A DNA stretch of 64,000 nucleotides from an uncultured Rivularia sp. (GTDB taxonomy: Bacteria > Cyanobacteriota > Cyanobacteriia > Cyanobacteriales > Nostocaceae). Positions 55,471 to 64,000 of this stretch are shown piece after piece; the first letter of the stretch is position 1, and each line of letters opens with the position of its first letter. The notes beneath the pieces were generated by a model. The model worked only from the letters and a program-made list of their open reading frames with translations, was not told the DNA's origin and did not search any database. The stretch is from NCBI GenBank assembly GCA_963665115.1, contig OY762007.1, positions 288,001 to 352,000 of the forward strand. The letters run 5' to 3'. The position numbers were made by a program, and so were the translations under genes.

Positions 55471-57633
55471 TTAAAACTTATAATTCATACCTACTTGTAC
55501 AACTCTACCTGCATCAGGGAAGCCGGGAAATAATTGAAATCTTTGGTCAAAAATATTCTCTACACTACCATTAAAGGCTAAATTTGTACTTACAGGAACT
55601 CGTAATTTAAAATCAAAGGTTGTGTAACCAGCTAAAGATTCTGTATTGGTGTTATTTGTGGGATAACTACCTAAAGAATGCATCAAAATTCCTGCATACC
55701 AACCTTGAGAATTTTCATAATTGATTCCTAAATTAATACTATCAGCACCTGCAAATCTTAATTCTTGGTCAACTTCGGCAGGATTAGAACTTTCAAGAAT
55801 TCTGGGGTCATTTGCAGTATAGTTACCAGAGAAGTAGAAATTTTTTGCTAATTGTAAGTTTAAGGCAAGTTCCACACCAGTTGTCCGAACTTTACCAATA
55901 TTTTCATAGGTAAAATTGACATTATCATAAGCAATATTATCGGTGATGGTGTTATTAAAAAATGTAAAACGTAGCAAACCAATATCACCTAATTGTTGGT
56001 CGATACCTACATCAAAACTATTACCTCTTTCTGGTTTTAAATCGGGATTCCCTTGTGCAAAAGGAGAGTTACTAAATAAGTTAAATAGAGTAGGTACTCG
56101 GAAATTACGGATATAGTTAGCTCTAATTGTAGTCTTTTCTGCCAAATTCCAACGCGCTCCTACCGCAGGAGAAGTCACCGAACCATTTATCAAACTATTA
56201 AAGTCTTGACGCAATCCTAAGTTTAATCGCACGTCTGGTGTCACATCGACGAGATATTTAGCAAATACGGCTCCCTGTCCGATACTATCATCGTAATTCT
56301 CTGTTTCTGTTCCATCTACGAGGTTACGAGTCACATTTTCAGCGCTGACATTGCGGTAGTCAAAACCATAGGTAATGTTTTGATTTTCAGCAATTTGCCA
56401 ATTATGCTGTACCTGAAAACCCAAGGAGTTTTGATTGTTATCGAACTGTTGATGGTTGCTTATATCTCCTGTACGGTTATCGAAACGAGTATTGAGAAAA
56501 TCTAGATAGATTTTTGCTGTTAGTAAAGAATCATCTGCTTTCCCTAATTTTGCATTCCAGGTTAAATCCGTGAGAATTTGGTCGGTATACTTACGATTGT
56601 TATCGGTAAGGGAGTTAAAAGCAGCTTGAGAAATTTGGGGAATAGCTACACCACCCGGAATCCCCTGGTCTTTTGCTAGATAAATCGCATTGAAACTCAA
56701 ACTTTGACGTTTATCTAATTCTGCATTGACCTGTAAATTCAGATTATTGTAGAGTACATCAGCATTTTCTCTGGTTCCATCAAAGTCAACTTCGGGAATA
56801 GAATAATCAAAGCTATTGTTAGCACGAGTGCGATTGTAGTCTAGCAACCAAGAGACATTACCCTGTTTACCGCTATTTTGAATGCTTTGCTCGTTTAAAT
56901 CGTAGCTACCAAATCTGAGTTGAGCAGTGGTAGTAATATCTGTTGTCGGACGACGAGTAATAATATTGATTGTCCCTCCAATCGCATCGGAACCATAGAG
57001 AGTGGAACCTCCACCAGGAAGAACTTCAACTCTCTCGACAATATCAGTTGTAATTTCTGAAAGGTCGAAACCACCACTACCCAGATTATTCACTGGTCTA
57101 CCATTTAGTAATATCAATACTTGTCCGGTATTTGAACCACGAATAAACTGACCGCTTAAACCACCAATTTCTGTTCCCACAGTACCGTCGGGTAAAATAC
57201 CGGGGAGAAATCTTAGCGCTTCTTTGACAGTACGCGCACCTTGAGCTTCGATTTCTTCGCGGTTAATCACGTATACTGGACGAGTCGCATCGCGTACCTT
57301 TCCTTCACGACGAAACGGTGCAAAAACTGGTTGGTCTAATATTTCTCCTATAACTGTAAGCTCAATATCTGCTTCTTCTTCTTTTTCTGATTCTTGTGAA
57401 GGAGTATTTTGAGCAATTTCTTCCGTCTTATTAGTTGTAGTTAAAGTATCTTCAGGTATTAATTTTGGAATTATTTCTAAATCTTTTGCTGTACCTTGAT
57501 GCTGGGAAAATTCTGATATTTGCAAAATATCTTCTGCTGTAGCGCAATCGCTTCCAGACAATATCCCTAATAGAGTGACAATTAATACTGTGAAATGTAT
57601 TCCCAACTGATAACTAAAGATAGTTTCTTTCAT
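55471..57633 (-). CDS. btuB: TonB-dependent receptor, probably for cobalamin
   Basis: Plug motifs (VERVEVL.GG.S.LYGSDAIGG.INIIT), GNPDLKPE, terminal F; cobalamin riboswitch directly upstream. Confidence 0.85.
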   Translation of the reverse strand: MKETIFSYQLGIHFTVLIVTLLGILSGSDCATAEDILQISEFSQHQGTAKDLEIIPKLIPEDTLTTTNKTEEIAQNTPSQESEKEEEADIELTVIGEILDQPVFAPFRREGKVRDATRPVYVINREEIEAQGARTVKEALRFLPGILPDGTVGTEIGGLSGQFIRGSNTGQVLILLNGRPVNNLGSGGFDLSEITTDIVERVEVLPGGGSTLYGSDAIGGTINIITRRPTTDITTTAQLRFGSYDLNEQSIQNSGKQGNVSWLLDYNRTRANNSFDYSIPEVDFDGTRENADVLYNNLNLQVNAELDKRQSLSFNAIYLAKDQGIPGGVAIPQISQAAFNSLTDNNRKYTDQILTDLTWNAKLGKADDSLLTAKIYLDFLNTRFDNRTGDISNHQQFDNNQNSLGFQVQHNWQIAENQNITYGFDYRNVSAENVTRNLVDGTETENYDDSIGQGAVFAKYLVDVTPDVRLNLGLRQDFNSLINGSVTSPAVGARWNLAEKTTIRANYIRNFRVPTLFNLFSNSPFAQGNPDLKPERGNSFDVGIDQQLGDIGLLRFTFFNNTITDNIAYDNVNFTYENIGKVRTTGVELALNLQLAKNFYFSGNYTANDPRILESSNPAEVDQELRFAGADSINLGINYENSQGWYAGILMHSLGSYPTNNTNTESLAGYTTFDFKLRVPVSTNLAFNGSVENIFDQRFQLFPGFPDAGRVVQVGMNYKF

Positions 57634-57668
57634 CCGTACCTCGCAGATAATTGTGTTTTTGATCGCAT

Positions 57669-57782
57669 TTGGCGGGCATTCTGACTTAAAGACTTTTGCC
57701 TTATTACAGCTGCGGGACAGCGCTGGATTTACACCGGACTTTCCCCCTTACGTCTGATGGTTGACTTTCATCAGAACCAATT
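57669..57782 (-). ncRNA. Cobalamin riboswitch
   Basis: Minus strand ggttc...aagggggaaagtccggtgtaaatccagcgctgtcccgcagctgtaa...aagtcagaatgcccgcc (B12 box). Confidence 0.92.
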
Positions 57783-58594
57783 AATTTAATATTGGCAATA
57801 AATTAGCAATATGTTTACGCTGAATCAAACCTACTTTTTGTAGGATAATTTCGCTGAGTTAATCGAAAACAAGCAATAGAAATAAATATTTCTGGCTCTT
57901 CCGCACGGGTGCTATCTAAATAGTCTTAAAAAGGTAGCTTTGCTGCTTTGCTGTAAGAAGGCATTAATAAATAATACTAACTAAAATTGCTTGGAATCTT
58001 AATACAGCAAAGGCTTGAGTGATTTATTCCTGATATTTAGCATATTAGATACTGAATATCTATATTTTCTAAACTCAATATTTAGCTATTTTCTCTGCCT
58101 TTAATAGCATTTTCTAATACAATTCGTTTCTAGTTTTCTTTGTTAACTAACTTATTTATAAAAATTTACCCTACACAATAATTTAATCATAATAATACCC
58201 GATTTCGTCTCTAATACAACCAAGATAAACGAATCTTTTTTTGATTTTATATGACAATGTTAATGTCAATGTCAGCGTTATTGTTAATGTTAATGTCAAC
58301 CTTATAAGAGATATTATTGATTAATTTAATTTATAGATATACTCGTATAATAAAACATCTCTTTGTGATTATTTAGAACTAAATAATCGTGCTAGTATGA
58401 ATAAAATTTTTCATGCTAAACTTCACCGAGGGAACTTTGTGACAAGCTATAGCAACTAATTTTATAGTTTGTTGTGTGATTAAATCGATATAAAAATTAA
58501 TTATTGATTTACCTATGTTTTGCTGTTATCGAATGTAGACAAAGGAATATTGTTTGTAAATTATTTCATTACTAAAAAACAGAACCACATCTTT

Positions 58595-59387
58595 ATGGGA
58601 ATCCGAAAAAATCTCAAACGGCTGAATTTATTAGGAATATCGTTAATCAGCTTGTATTTGGTAATTGGTGTACCAAAACCAGCTTATGCAATGCACGTTA
58701 TGGAAGGTTTTCTACCATTTGGTTGGGCTGCTTTTTGGTGGGCTGTTTCTTTACCTTTTATAATTTTGGGATTTATATCCCTAACTCGCATCACTAAGGA
58801 AAAACCCCAACTTAAACTGCTTTTGGGTTTGGCTGGTGCTTTTGCATTCGTGCTTTCGGCTTTGAAAATTCCTTCAGTAACTGGTAGCTGTTCTCACCCC
58901 ACGGGTACGGGGTTAGGTGCGGTGCTGTTTGGTCCTTTGGCTATGTCGGTGTTGGGAACTTTAGTACTCTTGTTTCAGGCTCTATTGCTGGCACATGGGG
59001 GATTAACAACATTAGGAGCGAATGCATTTTCGATGGCGATCGCCGGACCCTTTTGCAGCTTTTTGGATTTATCGGTTAACTATGAAAATATCCGGTAATC
59101 AAAGGTTAGCGATATTTATAGCCACAGCTTTAGCGAATTTATTGACTTATATTATTACCTCCGGACAATTAGCTTTGGCTTTCCCTGCTGAAGTTGGTGG
59201 TGTGATGGCTTCGTTTACTAAATTTGCAGGAATTTTTGCTATTACTCAAATTCCTTTAGCGATTAGTGAAGGTTTATTGACAGTATTGGTGTGGAATTGG
59301 TTGGAATCCTACAATCCACAAGAATTAGAACTATTGAATTTAATTAAGCGGGAGCCTCAACGTAATGAGACAATCAAGTCAGTCTAA
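58595..59387 (+). CDS. cbiM: Cobalt ECF transporter S component CbiM; apparent frameshift near 59052
   Basis: Signal peptide then [23 protein letters not shown]-terminal [10 protein letters not shown] in the next frame. Confidence 0.92.
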
Positions 59388-59670
59388 TGGATGGAATAAT
59401 TGGCTGTTGATATCAATAGTCGTTGCTTTAGCAATTGCACCATTAATATTTGTACGGGGTGAATATGGTGGTGCTGATGGTGAAGCCGAAGAAGCAATTA
59501 CCAACATACAACCAGAATATAAACCTTGGTTTTCTCCTATATTTGAACCAGCAAGCGGTGAAATTGAAAGTTTATTATTTTCTTCTCAAGCTGCTTTAGG
59601 TGCTGGTTTAATTGGTTACGCAGTTGGTTTGTATAAAGGACGTAGCGAAAAGCAAAGACGTGAAGAATGA
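59365..59670 (+). CDS. cbiN: Cobalt transport protein CbiN
   Basis: [28 protein letters not shown]. Confidence 0.93.
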   Translation: MRQSSQSNGWNNWLLISIVVALAIAPLIFVRGEYGGADGEAEEAITNIQPEYKPWFSPIFEPASGEIESLLFSSQAALGAGLIGYAVGLYKGRSEKQRREE

Positions 59671-59686
59671 GGGAAGCATTTCTTTT

Positions 59687-59741
59687 GTAGTGCGAGCATC
59701 TTGCTCGCTTGATACACATAGCGAGCAAGATGCTCGCACTA
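59687..59741. repeat. REP doublet gtagtgcgagcatcttgctcgct (also 63808-63863; interrupted versions at 30238 and 36977)
   Basis: Inverted arms read directly. Confidence 0.8.
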
Positions 59742-59775
59742 CCATATATTTTTGAAAAATCGGTATGCTTCTAGA

Positions 59776-60582
59776 ATGAGCTTAAAACTCGATACTTTAG
59801 CTTACACAAATCGATTGCGAGGATTACCACCAGAACACAAATTAATTTTCGCAGTTGTTACTTTGCTGATATCTCTAATTACTCATCCACCAATACAAGT
59901 ATTAATAGCTTTGTGGATGAGTATTTGGACTGTTGTTTATGCGAAAATTCCAGCAGGAATTTATATCAGGATTTTAGCAGTTGCCAGTTTCTTTTGGCTG
60001 ACTAGTTTACCAGCTTTAGTTATTAACGGAATTTCTGTAGCTGATATTTCCCGAGTACAAAGCGATTCTTGGTTTGGTTTAAACTTAGGCTACTACTATA
60101 TATATATTAGTCGTAATGGTTTCTACCAGGCTTTAACTATATTTACTAGAGCTTTGGCTTCTGTTTCTTGTCTATATTTTTTAATGTTAACCGTTCCGTT
60201 TACGGAAGTATTACAAACTCTGCGCCGATTCAAATTTCCTACGCTGTTAATTGAATTATTATTATTAATGTATCGGTTTATTTTTATTTTGTGGAATACA
60301 GCTACCGATTTATCTATTGCTCAAAAATCTCGTCTTGGCTACCGCGATTTTCGTACCAGCATCAAAAGTTTATCTTTATTAGTAGGACAGCTTTTAAAAC
60401 AAGCATTACAAAAATATAGCCAGTTCTCTTTAGGATTAGAATCCCGAGGAATGAGCGGAGAATTTCGAGTTTATGCTCCGCGTCGCTATCGTCCATCAAA
60501 ACGCTACATTCTTGAAGCAGTAATTGGTTGCGTAATTTTAATCAGTTTAGAATGGTGGCTGAATGCAGGAATATTTGCTTGA
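59776..60582 (+). CDS. cbiQ: Cobalt ECF transporter T component CbiQ
   Basis: LMYRFIF, SRLGY, LESRG motifs; between cbiN and cbiO. Confidence 0.9.
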   Translation: MSLKLDTLAYTNRLRGLPPEHKLIFAVVTLLISLITHPPIQVLIALWMSIWTVVYAKIPAGIYIRILAVASFFWLTSLPALVINGISVADISRVQSDSWFGLNLGYYYIYISRNGFYQALTIFTRALASVSCLYFLMLTVPFTEVLQTLRRFKFPTLLIELLLLMYRFIFILWNTATDLSIAQKSRLGYRDFRTSIKSLSLLVGQLLKQALQKYSQFSLGLESRGMSGEFRVYAPRRYRPSKRYILEAVIGCVILISLEWWLNAGIFA

Positions 60583-61384
60583 ATTTGACCAAGTACATTA
60601 CACCTATCCCGGCGCTAAAGAATCTTCACTTAACGGTCTGACCCTAAATATTCCATTTGGTAAAAAATGCGCTCTCATCGGTCAGAATGGTTGCGGGAAA
60701 ACGACATTGTTTTTACTCGCAAATGGTTTATATAAACCGAATAGTGGAATCATACGCTGGCATGGTAAACCATTACGTTATGACCGCAATTATTTAAGTA
60801 ACTTACGTCAAGAAGTCGGGTTAATATTTCAAGACCCGGAACAACAGTTAGTTGCTTCTACAATTGAAGAAGATATTTCCTACGGCTTATGTAATTTAAA
60901 TTTACCACCTAAAGAAATTCAATCCAGAGTCGAAGAAATATTAGTAGAACTGAGATTAGAAGAATTAGCACAAAGACCAGTACATCATCTCAGCTTGGGA
61001 CAAAAAAAACGAGTTTCTATTGCAGATGTGATGGTACTCCGACCCAAACTATTATTATTAGACGAACCGACTGCATATTTAGATATTAAACATACTCGTC
61101 AGCTAATCAAGACTCTTGAAAAGATTCATCAAGACGGTACAACATTATTAATGTCCACCCACGACTTAGATTTAGTTTATCGCTGGGCTGATTGGATATT
61201 TGTGATGGATAAAGGACAATTAATTTTTGAAGGTGAACCCGAAAATGTGTTTGCTCAAGGTGAACTTTTAGAACAGTTAGATTTAGGATTACCGTTGATA
61301 TATCAGCTTCTATTTGATGAAAGTTTATCTGAGGAAGAGAAAGCTGTTGTAGAAAAATTACGAGAAAAAATATTAAAGATGTAG
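60563..61384 (+). CDS. cbiO: Cobalt ECF transporter ATPase CbiO
   Basis: GQNGCGKTT, FQDPEQQL, LSLGQKKR, LDEPT. Confidence 0.9.
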   Translation: MQEYLLEFDQVHYTYPGAKESSLNGLTLNIPFGKKCALIGQNGCGKTTLFLLANGLYKPNSGIIRWHGKPLRYDRNYLSNLRQEVGLIFQDPEQQLVASTIEEDISYGLCNLNLPPKEIQSRVEEILVELRLEELAQRPVHHLSLGQKKRVSIADVMVLRPKLLLLDEPTAYLDIKHTRQLIKTLEKIHQDGTTLLMSTHDLDLVYRWADWIFVMDKGQLIFEGEPENVFAQGELLEQLDLGLPLIYQLLFDESLSEEEKAVVEKLREKILKM

Positions 61385-61503
61385 AGACGTAGCACTGCTA
61401 CGTCTCCCTAGATTTAAATTTGTCTAGAAAATGTAGAATCAATTGTGGTTGAAATTGTAAATTGTAGAGACGCGATATATTGCGTCTCTACATCTGGGAT
61501 TAT

Positions 61504-62076
61504 CTACCGCTGACTAACAAAAAGCTGCGTGAAATAATATTCACCCTTAGAATTCTTTGCAACACCAATACCAGTCACCTGATATTTACCTACCATATTG
61601 CGACGATGCCCCGAACTTTTAATCCAACCCGTGACAGCATTTTTTCCGGGATTCTTATAGCCTTGATTGTAAGCAACGTTTTCCGCTACACCATTCCAGC
61701 GAATAAACTTAGAAATCTTTTGATAGCGAGAATTTGAACCATTATGTCCGAAAGGTACCTGCTTAGATGCCATTTTTCGACTGTGCTGTCTTGCGATCGC
61801 GCTTATCTTACCGTTCAATTTTAAAGGTGGTAAACCTTTCTTTTTACGGTATTGATTAATTTGTCGATGTACCGATTTTTCCATTGCAGCAACATCCGAA
61901 GCTGCATTTACAGGTTTTGAACTTAATGTAATTAAAGAATCAGGAACACTATCGGAATTGCTTGAAAGCTGAATAAATTCTGTACCACCCAATATTGCTG
62001 CCGTTGATAAAACAACTCCTCCAAGCAGTGGGAACACTTTTGTCAAATTCGCTTTTAGCCGAGTATTCTTCAACAT
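61504..62076 (-). CDS. CAP (SCP-like) domain protein
   Basis: IN.YR...GLPPL, ARQHS..MA, AENVA, WIKS.GHR.NM, YYFTQLF. Confidence 0.9.
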   Translation of the reverse strand: MLKNTRLKANLTKVFPLLGGVVLSTAAILGGTEFIQLSSNSDSVPDSLITLSSKPVNAASDVAAMEKSVHRQINQYRKKKGLPPLKLNGKISAIARQHSRKMASKQVPFGHNGSNSRYQKISKFIRWNGVAENVAYNQGYKNPGKNAVTGWIKSSGHRRNMVGKYQVTGIGVAKNSKGEYYFTQLFVSQR

Positions 62077-62512
62077 TTCTATTTACTCCAAAAAACAACA
62101 GAATAAACCTCTACTTATAATTCCCTTCCCCGAGAGAAAAATAACATTTGACATCTGAATTGAGGTAGATTTATTCGCAATTTGGTAGAAGTACGATCGA
62201 TTAAAACTATGTAATTCTGTTTACCTTCTTCACCCTGTTATCAGAATTACTCGCAAAATACAAGTTAATTTATAACCTTATTTTGCGAACCTGTATGTGA
62301 TTGTAACCAATAATTTGGGATTTTGGGTTATCAATTCGTTAAAACTATGTATTCTTAAACACCATTTATTTTCATTTCTTTAATGAATAATGTATCGGTA
62401 TAAAACGTAAATATTTACAAATTGACCGTAGAAAAATAAAATATTAATTAGATGATATTTTACTAGGATTAATTACTTATTTTTTCAAGTTGACGATTCT
62501 AATTAAATATAG

Positions 62513-62571
62513 AACCTCACCCTGCCGTATCGCTCCCTCTCCTTAATAAGGAGAGGGATTGAGGGTGAGGT
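62513..62571. repeat. Cyanobacterial dispersed palindrome aacctcaccct...ccctctccttaataaggagaggg...agggtgaggtt
   Basis: Nested inverted repeats read directly. Confidence 0.7.
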
Positions 62572-62605
62572 TTCCTTATTGCTTAAAATTAACCTTATTA
62601 AATTA

Positions 62606-63775
62606 ATGAAAAAATCTCTAAAATTACCACAAAAAATCATGCTCCTCGGTTCGGGAGAACTAGGAAAAGAATTCGTTATTGCAGCGCAACGTTTGGGTAA
62701 TTTTGTAATTGCCATCGATCGTTACAAAGATGCTCCAGCCATGCAGGTTGCCGATTGTTGCGAAGTAATTTCTATGTTGAGTGCTGACGATTTAGAAGCT
62801 GTTGTCAGCAAATATCAACCAGATTTTATTGTACCGGAAATTGAAGCAATTAGAACCGAAAAGTTAGCAGAATTTGAACAGCGCGGTATTACAGTCATCC
62901 CCACTGCTGCGGCGACTAATTATACAATGAACCGCGATAGAATCCGGGAATTAGCGCATACAGAGTTAGGTGTTCGGACTGCAAAATATGGTTATGCATC
63001 ATCTTTAGATGACTTAATAAATATTAGTAATGAAATTGGTTTTCCCAATGTAGTTAAACCAGTAATGTCATCTTCTGGCAAAGGACAATCTATAGTCAAA
63101 GAGAAACAACACGTTGCCAAAGCTTGGGATTATGCAAGTTCGGGTTCTCGTGGTGATAGTCAAAGAGTAATTATAGAAGAATTTATCGACTTTGAAATTG
63201 AAATTACCTTACTAACTATCAAACAGTGGAATGCTCCCACTATTTTCTGTTCTCCTATTGGTCATCGTCAAGAAAGAGGTGATTATCAAGAATCTTGGCA
63301 ACCAGCAGGAATTTCCCAACAAATGACCTCAAAAGCTCAAGAAATCGCCACAAAAGTTACCGATGCTTTAGGAGGTGCGGGAATTTTTGGTGTAGAGTTT
63401 TTTATCACCAAAAATGAGGTGATATTTTCCGAACTATCACCCAGACCCCACGACACCGGCATGGTAACATTAATATCGCAAAACTTGAATGAATTTGAAT
63501 TACATTTAAGAGCTATTTTAGGTTTACCAATTCCGAATATAGAACAGTTCGCACCTTCAGCCAGCGCAGTGATTTTAGCTTCAGAAAAATCCGATAATAT
63601 TAGTTTTACAGGAGTAGCCGAAGCACTCGCAGAAAAAGACGTTGATATAAAATTGTTTGGTAAACCCTCCGCTCACAAATATCGGCGTATGGGAGTAGCT
63701 TTAGCGAAAGGAAGCAGCGTTGAAGAAGCGCGAGAAAAAGCTAAAATTGCTGCCGATCGAATTAATATTGTTTAG
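62606..63775 (+). CDS. purT: Formate-dependent phosphoribosylglycinamide formyltransferase
   Basis: MLLGSGELGKE, KPVMSSSGKGQS, SPRPHDTG.VT, RRMGVALA. Confidence 0.97.
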   Translation: MKKSLKLPQKIMLLGSGELGKEFVIAAQRLGNFVIAIDRYKDAPAMQVADCCEVISMLSADDLEAVVSKYQPDFIVPEIEAIRTEKLAEFEQRGITVIPTAAATNYTMNRDRIRELAHTELGVRTAKYGYASSLDDLINISNEIGFPNVVKPVMSSSGKGQSIVKEKQHVAKAWDYASSGSRGDSQRVIIEEFIDFEIEITLLTIKQWNAPTIFCSPIGHRQERGDYQESWQPAGISQQMTSKAQEIATKVTDALGGAGIFGVEFFITKNEVIFSELSPRPHDTGMVTLISQNLNEFELHLRAILGLPIPNIEQFAPSASAVILASEKSDNISFTGVAEALAEKDVDIKLFGKPSAHKYRRMGVALAKGSSVEEAREKAKIAADRINIV

Positions 63776-63784
63776 TGCATTAGG

Positions 63785-63889
63785 GAGCATCCCTAATTTT
63801 TAATTTTGTAGTGCGAGCATCTTGCTCGCTGGTGTTCCCGAGCGAGCAAGATGCTTGCACTACCTATTTTCCAAGAATTGGGATGCTCC
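63785..63889. mobile_element. MITE-like element with gagcatccc.aatt / aattgggatgctc ends enclosing a REP doublet
   Basis: Terminal inverted repeats read directly; the same left end occurs at 25464. Confidence 0.55.
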
Positions 63890-64000
63890 CATGAATAGGA
63901 ACCAGTAATTAAAAAAATTGCTTAATTGATGAGGAACACAATAATTTATGCATGAATCTTTCTCAGAAATCAACATATCTAAAATTAAAGATTTTAACGT

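Noticed and set aside
58380..58594. Second cobalamin riboswitch upstream of cbiM
   Set aside because: No B12-box or GGGAA..GGTG.AA.TCC core recognisable.
22021..59052. Programmed ribosomal frameshifting or phase variation at the split genes
   Set aside because: Runs are only 3-4 nt, with no slippery heptamer or long SSR, and the same pattern hits unrelated genes; sequencing error is simpler.

Overview
AT-rich chromosomal window of a filamentous, very probably heterocyst-forming cyanobacterium (adjacent sepJ-hetR, frequent HIP1 GCGATCGC octamers, heptamer STRR tandem repeats; a Rivularia/Calothrix-like Nostocales origin is an inference). Core genes: sepJ, hetR, rpsD, probable ccmS, prohibitin, ABC-F (uup), cbiMNQO, purT and a cobalamin-riboswitch-controlled TonB-receptor/ABC uptake operon. 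Accessory content: a stress-type gene cluster (1-4.9 kb) with a MITE-disrupted BON pseudogene, two transposase-less TnpB elements, two tandem exported TPR-CHAT proteases followed by a trypsin-like protease, a CYP110-like P450, a vapBC module bracketed by 65-bp identical repeats, an HTH-NB-ARC-TPR/OMP/response-regulator island with shared operator-like motifs and a GRDP-like protein carrying a repeated Cys tail, and tandem stand-alone LRR genes. The most interesting candidate system is the gene cluster sigma-like factor - DUF1822 - CHAT protease/TM/PstS-like sensor fusion (38.4-42.4 kb), which looks like a caspase-triggered transmembrane sigma-activation cascade. About ten genes are split by single-base indels in short homopolymers, most likely sequencing error. 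Family assignments come from motif recognition by eye; no searches were run.
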